Shown here: piece after piece, positions 52,209 through 62,764 of the stretch
Layout of the letters: each line of letters begins with the position of its first letter
How positions within the stretch are numbered: position 1 is the stretch's first letter
Assembly: GCA_963664705.1 (NCBI GenBank)
Contig: OY761556.1
Span: 5,248,001-5,312,000, forward strand
Source of the DNA: Acidobacteriota bacterium
Lineage (GTDB): Bacteria; Acidobacteriota; UBA6911
Reading direction: 5' to 3'
DNA length: 64,000 nt
The notes under the pieces: generated by a model
What the model was told of the DNA's origin: nothing
Database searches by the model: none
What the model saw: the letters and a program-made list of their open reading frames with translations, nothing else
Program-made: the position numbers and the translations under genes

Positions 52209-54010
52209 TGCCTCACGACCTCCTTTCTCTGGCGCGTTGTAAAGCTCAGCCGGCTGAAGCTGTTCAGCGTGACGTATTGGCCCAGAAAATTTTCGAGGAC
52301 ACTGGCGAACAGGTAAACGCCGCCACCAACAAAATTGTCTTCATCCAGATTCATCTCGACCCGCGTGCCGCGAACGAAACTTATGCCGTTCTCAGAAAGA
52401 ATGCGGGCGAAACTCGGGCTGCTCTTAATCTCCAGAATCCCCTCAATCTGTTTGGTGGAATGTAAGGAATCGCTGAAATTGTAGAGTTTGAGAATCTCCT
52501 GAAAGGCTTCCTTCCCTTCGCTCACGAGCGACAGATAGTTCAGCGATAAATGCGAGATCAAGCGCCATAAAGAGGATCGGCCTTGCGGCGGACGAAGAGA
52601 AAGTGTCGGTTTTCGTATTGCGACAATAGATTGAACCGGCATGGCGCCGTCCATTTCAAAGTCGCCGGATTCCATTCCAAAGGGAAGCCGGGCCGGGATG
52701 TCTCTATTGGTACAGGTCAGACGGACCGTGAGGCTGTCGACATCGGGTGCAAGGGGCCGTTGATCGAGATCGACCAGGGCAATGGCCATTTCTGTTCCTT
52801 CATCATCGCGGCGTCCGGATGGCCGTCGCGTAGCCAGCCAGAAAGCCTGTCCGCCGGAAGATGCGTTTCCATGCCGGTAGGAATAGAATGGCTCGAAGTG
52901 CACGGGTTCCTGCGTATCGGGGCGGACGCTGACAACATCATCCACAGAAAAGATTTCCGTGGCATTCGGTCTACGGATATCCGGGATGATGGGATATTCA
53001 AAGCGGCGTTGAGTCAGAAGAATAGGTTCCGCCGTTTGAGTGAACAGGTTCACCGCGGGAGCACACGTCAGTTGAAATGTTTTTGGCGAAACACCCAACT
53101 CCAGCATCTGCCGGCGCTCCGAAATTTCGAACGGGGAAATCAGAAAAACAAGCTCTGCCCTGTCCTTGAATCCGCTCAACGCCTTATCCAGTCCAAGCAA
53201 ATCCAGGAAAAAGTACTTTTCCGGAAAAGCGAAATATTCATGAAGCAGCTGGTAGCCGGAAAAGGATCGGCGCGGGTATGGGAGCAGGCTCTCATCCTCG
53301 GCGAAGCCGAGGGGACGCAGCGCGTCGGGCGGCAGGGCTACAGGCGGAACCTTGGAATTGGGACTGGGGTCCCGGACAAGGATCTGCAGGACACGGCTGC
53401 ATAGAAGTTCGTACAGCGTGTGAACGAGGCTGCTTTCGCCATTGAGAAAAAAACGCAGCGGATAGGGCTTTGTACTCTCGAAAGACACGTCGCGCCAGCA
53501 GGCAAGCTCCACTCGCAGCGCCGCCACGGCTTCCGTGGACTTGACGGCGGGTTGCAGGCGGTCAGGGGTTTTCCATTCCGCCGCAACGATACTCAAGGGC
53601 CACAGATAGGCATCGTAGCAGGTGCGAAACTTGCACGCCACACCTGCAACCGGTCGCGAAGAAAGAACAGTGCCGCGGTCGATCTTCAATCCGGTTCCAA
53701 TGGGGGCCTGCCCGGGATTTACACGGAAATCCACGACAGTGGCGGAAGGAACCGGGCGAATGAAATGCGGGTAGATGATGCTCAACAGCGCTTCCGTAAT
53801 TTCGGGGAATTCGTCATCAATTTTCAGATGAACGCGCGCAGCCAGGAAAGCAAAGGCTTCAAGAAGACGTTCGACATGAGGATCTTCGCATTTGTCGGGT
53901 TCGAGGTTCAGGCGAGATGCGATTTTCGGGTACTGTTCGGCGAACTGTGCCCCCATACGCCGGAGAAAACTGAGTTCGCGTTCGTAGTACAAAAGAAGAT
54001 CGTCGCGCAC
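52172..54010 (-). CDS. tssF: T6SS baseplate TssF
   Basis: YYERELSFLR, DPHVERLLEAFAFL, EYFAFPEK, WRLISHLSLNYLSL. Confidence 0.97.
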   Translation of the reverse strand: MRDDLLLYYERELSFLRRMGAQFAEQYPKIASRLNLEPDKCEDPHVERLLEAFAFLAARVHLKIDDEFPEITEALLSIIYPHFIRPVPSATVVDFRVNPGQAPIGTGLKIDRGTVLSSRPVAGVACKFRTCYDAYLWPLSIVAAEWKTPDRLQPAVKSTEAVAALRVELACWRDVSFESTKPYPLRFFLNGESSLVHTLYELLCSRVLQILVRDPSPNSKVPPVALPPDALRPLGFAEDESLLPYPRRSFSGYQLLHEYFAFPEKYFFLDLLGLDKALSGFKDRAELVFLISPFEISERRQMLELGVSPKTFQLTCAPAVNLFTQTAEPILLTQRRFEYPIIPDIRRPNATEIFSVDDVVSVRPDTQEPVHFEPFYSYRHGNASSGGQAFWLATRRPSGRRDDEGTEMAIALVDLDQRPLAPDVDSLTVRLTCTNRDIPARLPFGMESGDFEMDGAMPVQSIVAIRKPTLSLRPPQGRSSLWRLISHLSLNYLSLVSEGKEAFQEILKLYNFSDSLHSTKQIEGILEIKSSPSFARILSENGISFVRGTRVEMNLDEDNFVGGGVYLFASVLENFLGQYVTLNSFSRLSFTTRQRKEVVRQWPPRAGTKILL

Positions 54011-54499
54011 CTAATCACCCTTTATCTGGTATTCGCCGGAATTCAGCTGCAACACGGTATCAAACAGTATCTGTTCCGGCGCCGGATCCATTTTGAGCAA
54101 GCCCTCGATTTGAAATCGCAGGATACGAGGCCCTGAACCGGCGTTATCGATGGCTCGCACTTGAACCTGTGTCAAGCGAGGTTCGAAAATTTCAATAGTC
54201 TGCTCGATCACTCGCAGCAAACGCTGCCGGTCTCGCGACGAATTCAACCCCATGGAGGTTACGTCGGGCAACCCGTAGTTATAAAGTGAGCGAAACAGCT
54301 CTTCATAGGTTTCCGGCACCTCATCGGGATTTCTCCTGGAATTGAGCAGCCATTCCAGGTCCCGGCGCAGCGAGGCCTTCAACTGGCGAACAGATTGAGA
54401 GCGGTTTGCAGGGGGATCACTGCTGACATCCGGATTCGTATCGATCAAGCGATCCAACACCGAGATCGTTACCGCAAGATCGGGATCCGGTCGCGCCAT
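54011..54499 (-). CDS. tssE: T6SS baseplate TssE (gp25-like)
   Basis: SVLDRL, RRDLEWLLN, YGLPD, FEPRL. Confidence 0.95.
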   Translation of the reverse strand: MARPDPDLAVTISVLDRLIDTNPDVSSDPPANRSQSVRQLKASLRRDLEWLLNSRRNPDEVPETYEELFRSLYNYGLPDVTSMGLNSSRDRQRLLRVIEQTIEIFEPRLTQVQVRAIDNAGSGPRILRFQIEGLLKMDPAPEQILFDTVLQLNSGEYQIKGD

Positions 54500-54502
54500 G
54501 CC

Positions 54503-56329
54503 CTATCTCCCGCAGGCCAGCGCCTGCAAAGGATCCAGCCGGCAAATGCGGTCATAGATCTTCTGTTTCAATTCAGGGTTGGCTTCGGATTTCGCCAGGC
54601 ATTGGTATAAAAGCGCGAAGGGTTGTGCCACCAGTTCCGGGGTTTCCCACCCTTCCAGTCCTCGCGTGTCGATTTCGGCCGTAATTTGATCCAGGATTGG
54701 ATGCGCAATCTGATCATATCCGATGGAGATGCACAATTGAGCCAGCTGCAGCCGTCTTTGAAACTTTCCGCGTCCGCTTTTTTCCATGGCCGCTTCGCGC
54801 ATCAGGATTTCGATCGCTTCCTGGTATCTCCCCTCGGATGCAGCCTGCATCGCGAGCTGATTTGCATCGGGAGGCAAAAGCTCGCCGTCCGCCGCAGCGC
54901 GTGGCTCTTCGGGGACATAAACCGGCGGCGTGTAGACGGGTTCGGCTTCTGCGGGTGCGGGTAAAACAGGGGCAATCTCATCCAGCCACGCCTGAGTTTC
55001 AGGATTGGCGGTTGGCGTATCGTCCAGCAGCGTTGCCTGGCGCAGCCCGGGATAATCGGAAAGCAGTCCATTCACTTCCGCGCGGATCGAGGCCTGAATC
55101 TGGTAATAGCTGAGTTCGTAGGAGGCTCTGTAGACATACCGCTGCAGATCCAGCCAACCTCGCCCGCAGGGCAAAGCCATGGCTGACTCCGCCAGCTCTA
55201 TGACCTGCTGCCAGTCGCTGTCATTTGCCGCCTTTTTCAGAGACTGGCGGATTTCGGTTGAAGGCGCTTCCAATAAGTTGGGATCAAGATCCGCCCCTGC
55301 GCTGCGAAGCTCGCCAAAGCGCATCCCTCGCAGCAGGAGATAGGGAGTGGCACTGTAGGGATCTTCACGGCGCAGAAAGGCTGCCACGCTCGTGATGCGC
55401 GCAAACGCGTCCTCTTTGTCCACCGGTTCCGGAGCAAGCGGGCCGCCTTTAGCACGAGCTTTGCGCGGAGCCGGCGCTGCCGCTTCAGGCTCCGTCCAGG
55501 AGTCCTCCGGAGCGGCTTCTTCCGCGGGCGTTGCGTCAGCTTCCTCCGCTGTCTTATCCGGGTCCGTCTCACGTTTTTTCTGGAGCAAGCCATGGACAGT
55601 GTGGCGGATCTCCTCGACGGTAGTTTTCAATGGGCCGAAGGAGGGGGCGTCGCTGGTAAATTTTTCCTCGCACAGGCTTCCGAGTGCATCCAGGCACTCC
55701 AGGATGCCGTCCAGAGTGGATTCGAGTTCGGTGTAGAAGGACTTGGGCGAGGCTTTGAAAGCCTGGTCCCATTCCTCCATCGGCATTTTTCCTTCGGCAA
55801 TCAGCGCGGCCCGCGCTTCCTGCTTTTCAGAGTCGTCGGCATCGGTTTCATAGCCGACGGAACGCGCCTCCTTGAATTTGTACCAGCTTGTTCCTTTGGT
55901 GCGCGTCAGGGAAAGGCTGCGCAATAGAGCGTCCTGTCGGGCGCCCAGCCAATCAAGCGGAGCTGCGCGCAGCTCGAAATCGCCCTCTTCAATTTCCGGG
56001 TATAGATTTTCCCAGAAGTTTTCGATCAGCCCGCGGATCAGATCAAGGCCAGCGCGCAGGCCGCCGAACGATTCCGTTTTGATCAGGGCCTCGGTCAACC
56101 AGGCCGCAAGTTGGAGGTCTTTACTTTTTGTTGCCAGCGCTTCCCCTGCCAGCTTCAGGACCAGAGCGAAATCGGCAGTCTTTCGTTCATGCTGCCAGTC
56201 GCCTTGAGGAGCATCGTCATCTTCGCGCCGTGCCTCTTTGATCTTGTCATAAATCGGGGCATAGCGCAGATTCTCTCCGCCAGGGTTCTCGCCGGGAATC
56301 GGATTCAGCAGATCATCTCTCAGTGGCAT
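54503..56329 (-). CDS. tssA: T6SS TssA (ImpA_N domain)
   Basis: LLNPIPGENPGGENLRY, SKDLQLAAWL, FWENLYP; C-terminal WETP and RLDP motifs. Confidence 0.92.
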   Translation of the reverse strand: MPLRDDLLNPIPGENPGGENLRYAPIYDKIKEARREDDDAPQGDWQHERKTADFALVLKLAGEALATKSKDLQLAAWLTEALIKTESFGGLRAGLDLIRGLIENFWENLYPEIEEGDFELRAAPLDWLGARQDALLRSLSLTRTKGTSWYKFKEARSVGYETDADDSEKQEARAALIAEGKMPMEEWDQAFKASPKSFYTELESTLDGILECLDALGSLCEEKFTSDAPSFGPLKTTVEEIRHTVHGLLQKKRETDPDKTAEEADATPAEEAAPEDSWTEPEAAAPAPRKARAKGGPLAPEPVDKEDAFARITSVAAFLRREDPYSATPYLLLRGMRFGELRSAGADLDPNLLEAPSTEIRQSLKKAANDSDWQQVIELAESAMALPCGRGWLDLQRYVYRASYELSYYQIQASIRAEVNGLLSDYPGLRQATLLDDTPTANPETQAWLDEIAPVLPAPAEAEPVYTPPVYVPEEPRAAADGELLPPDANQLAMQAASEGRYQEAIEILMREAAMEKSGRGKFQRRLQLAQLCISIGYDQIAHPILDQITAEIDTRGLEGWETPELVAQPFALLYQCLAKSEANPELKQKIYDRICRLDPLQALACGR

Positions 56330-56346
56330 TGCCGTATGGAACGCTT

Positions 56347-57057
56347 CTATTCCGCTGCTGCGGCAGTCGGGAATTCCAGCGTCCGTACCTCCAGGATAGG
56401 AAACTCTTCGCCATCGATAAGCAGGACCTTCTGTCCCATCGGCACCGCAGCCTCATCAACCTCTTCCCAAAGTGTCTGCCGGCCAAGACGAACGGAATTG
56501 TCGGCATGGCGGAATGAAAGTGGAGTCAGTGCCGGAATCATGACTTCGCCCAAGTCCAGGCCTCCGCATTTGGGCGAGGTTTTGAGAACGGCAGGGATCC
56601 AGAGAAGATCCCGCAACCGCTTGGGGGCTTCCATCCGGATGGACGTGATATGAGCAAACGGAAGCCAAAGGTAGGAACCTGCGGCAAATACCTCAAGGCG
56701 GGCGCCAATGCGCGGATCAGCGTCTTCAATAGCGGCATAGGATGCGCCGTTCATTGTGAAGGACCCGACCGGATCCGCCGTGCTTTGAGGAAAAGTCTTT
56801 TTTTCGAACATTTCGCGCCGAAGCCGTTCCGCCTGGATGGCGGAGCGATACACAAGCGTACCCATCCCGGCTTCCTTGCTGAGGTCGGAGAGGATGTCCA
56901 ACTGCTTTTCAGCCCGATCCAATTCACCCGTGAAACAGAACAACTCAAAAAGGAAAGTCCGGTTTCGCACGTTGGTGGGATCATTTCTCAATTCGGATGC
57001 TAGTGATTTAACAGCCTCTTCGAGTTGCCCGGCCTTGAACAGTTCATTGGCATTCAT
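56347..57057 (-). CDS. tagJ: T6SS accessory TagJ/ImpE/SciE
   Basis: LFELFCFTGELDRAEKQL, DADPRIG, PKRLRDLLWIP, LGRQTLW, GQKVL. Confidence 0.9.
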   Translation of the reverse strand: MNANELFKAGQLEEAVKSLASELRNDPTNVRNRTFLFELFCFTGELDRAEKQLDILSDLSKEAGMGTLVYRSAIQAERLRREMFEKKTFPQSTADPVGSFTMNGASYAAIEDADPRIGARLEVFAAGSYLWLPFAHITSIRMEAPKRLRDLLWIPAVLKTSPKCGGLDLGEVMIPALTPLSFRHADNSVRLGRQTLWEEVDEAAVPMGQKVLLIDGEEFPILEVRTLEFPTAAAAE

Positions 57058-57153
57058 CTCTCCACCGCCTTTCACAGATAGCTGCTTCCGGAAATTGCGG
57101 CAAGGCGCACGGGGGATAGACCGTGCGCCCTGCAATTTCCAAAGGTAAATGGG

Positions 57154-57630
57154 TTAGCCGCCGGTCTGAACTTTCTGGTCGTAATGCGCTTTAATGGCTC
57201 CGCCAAGCGTACCATCGGCCTTCTGTTCCTTGTACTCCATTTCCATCTTTGAAAAATTTATGGAAATCTGTTCAGCGGGCATATCTCCACCCGAGGATGT
57301 GGAAAAAGAAGAGACAAGCAGGTCCGAGAAGGTATATTTCAGATACTCCTGCTGTTCTTTTCCCGCCTTCCGGCAGGTTAGAACCGCTTTTTTGATGTGC
57401 TCGCCATTGGAACAGGCCAGGAAAAGTTTTGGAGATGCCTTGTTCACGTTCATAATAAAATGGAAATCCTGGAACTGAACCCTTCCTGCTCCGCCGCCGC
57501 CGCCCATGGAGAATGTACCTGCCTGGGTAGCACCGAACGAGAAGTTATCGAGCTGGATTTCATTCTTATGGGTCTTATCCTGGCTTTCGCCGTCGATACC
57601 GTCGATCTTGAGAAAATAATCAACCGCCAT
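57154..57630 (-). CDS. hcp: T6SS tube protein Hcp
   Basis: FLKIDGIDGES..HKNEI, KASPKL, RKAG.EQQEYL. Confidence 0.97.
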   Translation of the reverse strand: MAVDYFLKIDGIDGESQDKTHKNEIQLDNFSFGATQAGTFSMGGGGGAGRVQFQDFHFIMNVNKASPKLFLACSNGEHIKKAVLTCRKAGKEQQEYLKYTFSDLLVSSFSTSSGGDMPAEQISINFSKMEMEYKEQKADGTLGGAIKAHYDQKVQTGG

Positions 57631-57669
57631 GTTTCACTCTCCTTATATAGAGCCTGATCGAGCCTGTGA

Positions 57670-59157
57670 TTACTTCCGGGCTGAGGCAGGCAGTTCCGCA
57701 ACAAGACGAAGCGACACGGACAATTCATCCAATTGGAAGTGCGGCCGGAGGAAAGCGACCGCGCGATAAGCGCCGGCTTTTCCCGGGACTTCCATGACCT
57801 CGATTTTCGCATCCCGCAACGGGTACTGAGCCTTGGTCGCAGGGGAGGCGTTATCGTCGGGTGTTACATAGTTGGTAATCCACTTGTTCAGCCATCGTTC
57901 GCAATCCGAACGCGAAGTGAAGCTGCCGATCTTGTCTCGCATCATCGCCTTCATGTAGTGGGCGAAGCGGGAGACTGCCATGATATAGGGAAGCTGAGCG
58001 GAAAGACGCGCATTGGCATTTGCCGCGTCGCTGTCGAACAGCTTTGGCTTGTTGCAGGACTGAACGCTGAAGAAAGCGGCGTAATCTGTTCCCTTGCAGT
58101 GGACCAGGGGGGCAAAGCCGAGGTCTGCAAGTTCTTTTTCCCTGCGGTCTGTGATCGGGGATTCCGTCGGGCACTTCATCGCTACATCGCCCGAATCCGT
58201 ATAAAAATTGTGCACGGGCAGGCCTTGAACCAATCCGCCACCTTCAACTCCACGAATGGCGGCGCACCAGCCATACTGCGCGAAAGCGTTTGTCATTCGT
58301 GCGGCAAGAGCGTAGGCGGCATTGCCCCAAAGGTACTTGGAGTGATCGGTCCCATCGACGCGCTCTTCGTAGGAAAAGGCTTCAACAGGCGTGGTCTCTT
58401 TGCCATATGGAAGGCGCATCAGCACGCGCGGGCAGGTCAGAGCGACATAGCGCGAATCTTCGGATGCCCGGAAAGATTTCCATTTGGCATATTCGGTAGT
58501 GTCGAAAACCTTACCCATATCGCGCGGCGCATCCAATTGCGTATAGCTGTCCAGATTGAACATCTCCGGAGAGGCAGCGGAGATAAAGGGTGCGTGGGCC
58601 GCTGCGGCTACCTGGGATATTTTTTCCAACAGCTCAATATCCTCCGCCCCACGGCCGAATTCGTAATCGCCAACGATGCCCGCAAAAGGCGCGCCGCCAA
58701 AGATTCCGAACTCCTCCTCGTACACCTTCTTGAATAAAGCACTCTGATCAAATTCGGGGGCTCTCTGCAAATCGCGCAGCATTTCTTTTTTGGAGGCATT
58801 CAGAATCTTGATCTTCAAGTTGCTGCTGGTTTCGCTCTGATCCAACAGATACTTGAGCCCTCGCCAGGTTGCTTCGAGCTTCTGGAATTGCTCGTTGTGC
58901 AGGATTTCATTGAGCTGAATGGAGATGAGGTGATCCAACTGGGCAATGCGGGCATTGATCATGGCTTCAGCGTCTTTTGAAACCGTCATGGCCCCATCAA
59001 GAACCTGGGCTACAAATTCCGAAACGAGATTTTTCCCTCGTTCGCGAGCCGCGACATCTTTGCCGTATCTGCCTTCCTCCACAATCTGGTCCAGCAGGCT
59101 CTTTTCAAGCACCTGTTCTGCCGGAGCGGGTGCATTTGCTTTCTGGGTCTCGCTCAT
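57670..59157 (-). CDS. tssC: T6SS sheath large subunit
   Basis: FQKLEATWRGL, AAAHAPF, GVEGGG, KCPTE, RPHFQL. Confidence 0.98.
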   Translation of the reverse strand: MSETQKANAPAPAEQVLEKSLLDQIVEEGRYGKDVAARERGKNLVSEFVAQVLDGAMTVSKDAEAMINARIAQLDHLISIQLNEILHNEQFQKLEATWRGLKYLLDQSETSSNLKIKILNASKKEMLRDLQRAPEFDQSALFKKVYEEEFGIFGGAPFAGIVGDYEFGRGAEDIELLEKISQVAAAAHAPFISAASPEMFNLDSYTQLDAPRDMGKVFDTTEYAKWKSFRASEDSRYVALTCPRVLMRLPYGKETTPVEAFSYEERVDGTDHSKYLWGNAAYALAARMTNAFAQYGWCAAIRGVEGGGLVQGLPVHNFYTDSGDVAMKCPTESPITDRREKELADLGFAPLVHCKGTDYAAFFSVQSCNKPKLFDSDAANANARLSAQLPYIMAVSRFAHYMKAMMRDKIGSFTSRSDCERWLNKWITNYVTPDDNASPATKAQYPLRDAKIEVMEVPGKAGAYRAVAFLRPHFQLDELSVSLRLVAELPASARK

Positions 59158-59675
59158 TTGTCGCCTCCCTCCTTGCCGAGTTCAGATTTCAGCTTATCGA
59201 GCTTCTCGCTGTTGTTCACGGCTTCAAGCAGGAGTTCTTCCAGCTTGTCATTGCCCTGGAGCGAGCCGCGCAGATCGGAAAGCTTGGTGCGGAGATCCAA
59301 CATCTCCTTCAGAGGTTTGACCTGCTTGGCAACCTGTTCAGGCTCGAAATCCTCCATGCTTTTGAAATTCAGGTCGACTTTAAGCTGGCCGGCATTCGGA
59401 TCCTCACTCAGCTTGTTTTCAACGGAAAACGCCAGATGAGGCTTCATTCCTTCCAAAACGCTATCGAAATTATCCGGGGTCACTTCCACAAACTTACGTT
59501 CCTTCAATTTGGGCAGCGGAGCTTCCGGCTGACCGGTGAAGTCGCCGAGAACACCCATGACGAACGGAAGTTCTTTCATCTCGATGGTATCGCCGGTTTC
59601 CACATCGTAAGTGACATGGACACGGGGCGGACGCACCCTATCGAGTTTGTGCTGCGTGCTTTTTGCCATTGCCAT
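59154..59675 (-). CDS. tssB: T6SS sheath small subunit
   Basis: RPPRVHVTYDVE, ELPFVMGVLGDF, FKSMEDFEPE. Confidence 0.98.
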   Translation of the reverse strand: MAMAKSTQHKLDRVRPPRVHVTYDVETGDTIEMKELPFVMGVLGDFTGQPEAPLPKLKERKFVEVTPDNFDSVLEGMKPHLAFSVENKLSEDPNAGQLKVDLNFKSMEDFEPEQVAKQVKPLKEMLDLRTKLSDLRGSLQGNDKLEELLLEAVNNSEKLDKLKSELGKEGGDK

Positions 59676-60257
59676 CCCCTTTCCCTTATTGAACTAACAA
59701 CAGCCGCAAAATGGAGTCCCAGGCGCCTGAAGCGCAAGAGCCAATAATGATGCTGACGGTAAATGAGAGCTGAATTGAAGGATACCTATCCGGAAGGTTG
59801 CAAGGCTGCGGCAAGGAAAAATTTGTGCGCGTACATAGCACATCTACTCACCTGCGCGCCATGGCCCGTTACGACAATCGGACAGCCGAAGTCATGGCAG
59901 TAACCGGCGTCCGAACCCCTCCAGAATAACGAAATTTATACGCAAGATCAGAGATCTGAGTATAATTGTGTTACCAAATAGCAGTCAAGAATTATCCCCC
60001 CCCTCAAAAACATCATCCATATGGATCAAAATCACCGTCAGGCAGAGACATTCCGTGCCCTTATCGGCAGGTTTTCCTAGAAACTTCGCAAGTGACACCC
60101 GCAGTTCCAAAATATCCTGGCCTCGCAATTAGGAAGTTCGATAGGTATAGATAAGAATTAGGGTTATTGCCCTAGTCCTGTAGTAGAATGGTCCTATCTG
60201 GCAATTTCAAATTATCACCCGAGTTTCATCCTGCGGACCTCGAAAGGAGGTTGATAT

Positions 60258-61064
60258 ATGCCGGGACCCTTCATGAGTGGAGATCAAGCTTTTGCTGCAC
60301 TGAAAAAGATATGCCATGACAAAATCAGCAGCACCGAGAGGACCCGGAAGAAACTTTATTGGCAGGCTGCCAAGATGGTTCTTTCTGCGGCGACTATGGG
60401 TGTGGGAGCGCTGGCGCATGAAGGGAGCAAAATTGCGAAGGAGTGTTTTACCTTTATTCTCCCGAAACTGCCGGATCTCATGGCCGGCGCCAAGGAATTG
60501 ATACCCGCCTCGGATGGGCCGGTCGACCGCTCCAAGATACCCAGTATTCTTCAGCATGGAAAAACACTGGCACAGATAGCTCCGGGACGATCCGGGACAC
60601 AGGGATTTATGAAAGAGGAGGATCTGGTCAAGAGCCTGAAGGAACACCACCAGATGGCGGAAGTGGCGCAGAGCGATATTCCCGTTGGAGTCCCGATTCA
60701 GATTTTGTCATGCTGCCACGCGGAAGAGCTGTATCAGCACTTCGTCGATATGGATTATCACATGTCGAAAGTAAAGGCTTACGCCCAGGCGCTGCAGTCT
60801 ATGTCAAAATCGTACCTTGACCTGTGCGCCCATTTCGAAAAGGATTGGGCGATTCACTGGACCGATATGAATAAAAAGGTTTCGGAAACGATGGGCAAAC
60901 CGTTGGAGTGGCATGGGGTAAACTGCGGCTCCGATCCCGAGCTTCAGAAGCACTGCTACCGGGCCACTTTTACGAAGGCGCCACCGCCTCCCCTCCAGCC
61001 GCAAGGACCCGTCGTGAGGCGACCGGGGCCTCCGCCATTTCCGCCTCCCCTGCGCCGAAGATAG
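60258..61064 (+). CDS. Hypothetical protein with proline-rich C-terminus
   Basis: 268-aa ORF with strong AAGGAGG RBS; no family recognised. Confidence 0.75.
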   Translation: MPGPFMSGDQAFAALKKICHDKISSTERTRKKLYWQAAKMVLSAATMGVGALAHEGSKIAKECFTFILPKLPDLMAGAKELIPASDGPVDRSKIPSILQHGKTLAQIAPGRSGTQGFMKEEDLVKSLKEHHQMAEVAQSDIPVGVPIQILSCCHAEELYQHFVDMDYHMSKVKAYAQALQSMSKSYLDLCAHFEKDWAIHWTDMNKKVSETMGKPLEWHGVNCGSDPELQKHCYRATFTKAPPPPLQPQGPVVRRPGPPPFPPPLRRR

Positions 61065-61191
61065 AAGCAGGCCGCAGGCGGGATTATTGCGTATCAGGGC
61101 CGTATGCCTTTGTGTTGGAATTGTTTTCGTTTGGGTACAAGTTTTCATTTCTCTTTACCAAAGCTATTCACTTCTGTTAGGTTGAAAAACG

Positions 61192-62547
61192 ATGAATCAG
61201 CTGCAACCGGTTATCTGGACCAAAGGCACATTTCTGGCGCCGCAGCATCTGCAAACTCAGGACAGGTTTATCGAAACCTCTTTGAGGTTCCGCGTTGAAT
61301 CCCTGCTATCCAATCCCTGGGGATTCCTGAAGCTGCAGGTAAACCAGGAGGCGCTCGCAGCGGGAGAATTTGGCTTGTCGGAAGCCGCTGGCATATTTCC
61401 CGATGGATTGCTGTTTGATTTTCCCGGTTCGGAGCCATCTCCGCCGTCCATCCCGCTGAACGGAGCCTTTGGACCCGATCAGGAATTCGTCGACATATAC
61501 CTGGCAATCCCGAACTATCGCCAGGCGGGATTGAATGTATCGATTGCTCGGCAGAAAGCGGATACGCGGTATCTGTCGGATGTAATCTCGGTACGAGATG
61601 AGAATTCCGGCCTGGCCGAAAAGCCGGTTCAAGTGGCACGCAAGAATTATCGCCTGCTGACAGGAAGCGATTCCCGTCAGGAATGCTCCTCGATTTGTGT
61701 TGCGAGGGTACGTCGGAGTGAAGCCGGAGTGATGCAGCTGGATCCGCAGTTTGTCCCTCCCTTGCTCGATTTTGCTGCCAACGATTTCCTTCGAGCGGTT
61801 GCCAGGAGGCTGGTTGAGATCCTTGCCGCCAAAAGCAGCATTCTTGCCGGTGTGCGCAAGCAGAAAAATCTGACCCTGGCCGATTTTGGGACTGCGGATA
61901 TCGCGAGCTTCTGGCTCCTCTATACCATCAACAGCCATTTTCCGGAATTCAATCATCTATCCGAGACACGACACGGACATCCCGAGCGGCTCTATCAGGC
62001 GATGCTGTCGCTGGCCGGCTGCCTGACTACGTTCTCACCCAAAATTCATCCGCGCGACTTGCCGCCCTACCGGCATGACGATCTGGCCGGCTGCTTTGGA
62101 ACGCTTGACGAAATTGTACGGACCTTGCTTGAAACCGTGGTTCCGAGCAATTTCGTGTCGCTGCCGTTGAAGCTGGTTCAACCTTCCATCTATGCAACCG
62201 CTCTTGCCGACGACAAGTATTTGAATGGAACTCGCCTGTACCTGGCAATCTCCGCGGAGATGAATCAGGCCGATCTGATCTCCAAGACGCCATACCTGAT
62301 TAAAGTGTGCTCTGCGAACCATATCGAGCATCTGGTGCGGCAGGCATTGCCGGGGGTGTCCCTGACGCACGTCCCCAAACCTCCGGGTTCGATTCCGGTA
62401 AAGCTGAAACATCAGTATTTCAGCATCAGCCAATCCGGGGTGGTCTGGGAAGCAGTGGTTCGAGCCAGGAATCTTGCCGTTTATGTGCCGGGCGATTTTC
62501 CCAACCCCGAAATGGAACTGATTATCCTGCTTCCTGAAGCCGGTTAG
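61192..62547 (+). CDS. tssK: T6SS baseplate TssK
   Basis: VIWTKGTFLAPQHLQTQDR, GIFPDG, HPERLY, YRHDDL, ALPGV, LAVYVP. Confidence 0.95.
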   Translation: MNQLQPVIWTKGTFLAPQHLQTQDRFIETSLRFRVESLLSNPWGFLKLQVNQEALAAGEFGLSEAAGIFPDGLLFDFPGSEPSPPSIPLNGAFGPDQEFVDIYLAIPNYRQAGLNVSIARQKADTRYLSDVISVRDENSGLAEKPVQVARKNYRLLTGSDSRQECSSICVARVRRSEAGVMQLDPQFVPPLLDFAANDFLRAVARRLVEILAAKSSILAGVRKQKNLTLADFGTADIASFWLLYTINSHFPEFNHLSETRHGHPERLYQAMLSLAGCLTTFSPKIHPRDLPPYRHDDLAGCFGTLDEIVRTLLETVVPSNFVSLPLKLVQPSIYATALADDKYLNGTRLYLAISAEMNQADLISKTPYLIKVCSANHIEHLVRQALPGVSLTHVPKPPGSIPVKLKHQYFSISQSGVVWEAVVRARNLAVYVPGDFPNPEMELIILLPEAG

Positions 62548-62764
62548 ATTCCCCGGCGCAAAACAAAGTCCTTGGTGGGCACGCGGCAGTCCCGCCTAAT
62601 GCTGCATCCTATTTGCCCAAGGAACTTGGAATGCGATGCATATCAGCCCCTCTGAGCCCGGTACCTCACTCGCGTCGCGGGGCTCCCAGCCGGGCTTTTG
62701 TAAGCATTGCTCGCCGCGCAGGCGGCAAATAATATGCGGTATGACGCGTTCCCGCCGGGATAGC

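Noticed and set aside
59996-60003. C8 tract in the T6SS divergent promoter region as a phase-variation switch
   Set aside because: Too short, and it cannot be placed relative to a mapped promoter.
62548-62764. tssL remnant after tssK
   Set aside because: No DotU/TssL-like sequence was recognisable in the plus-strand translations I checked.
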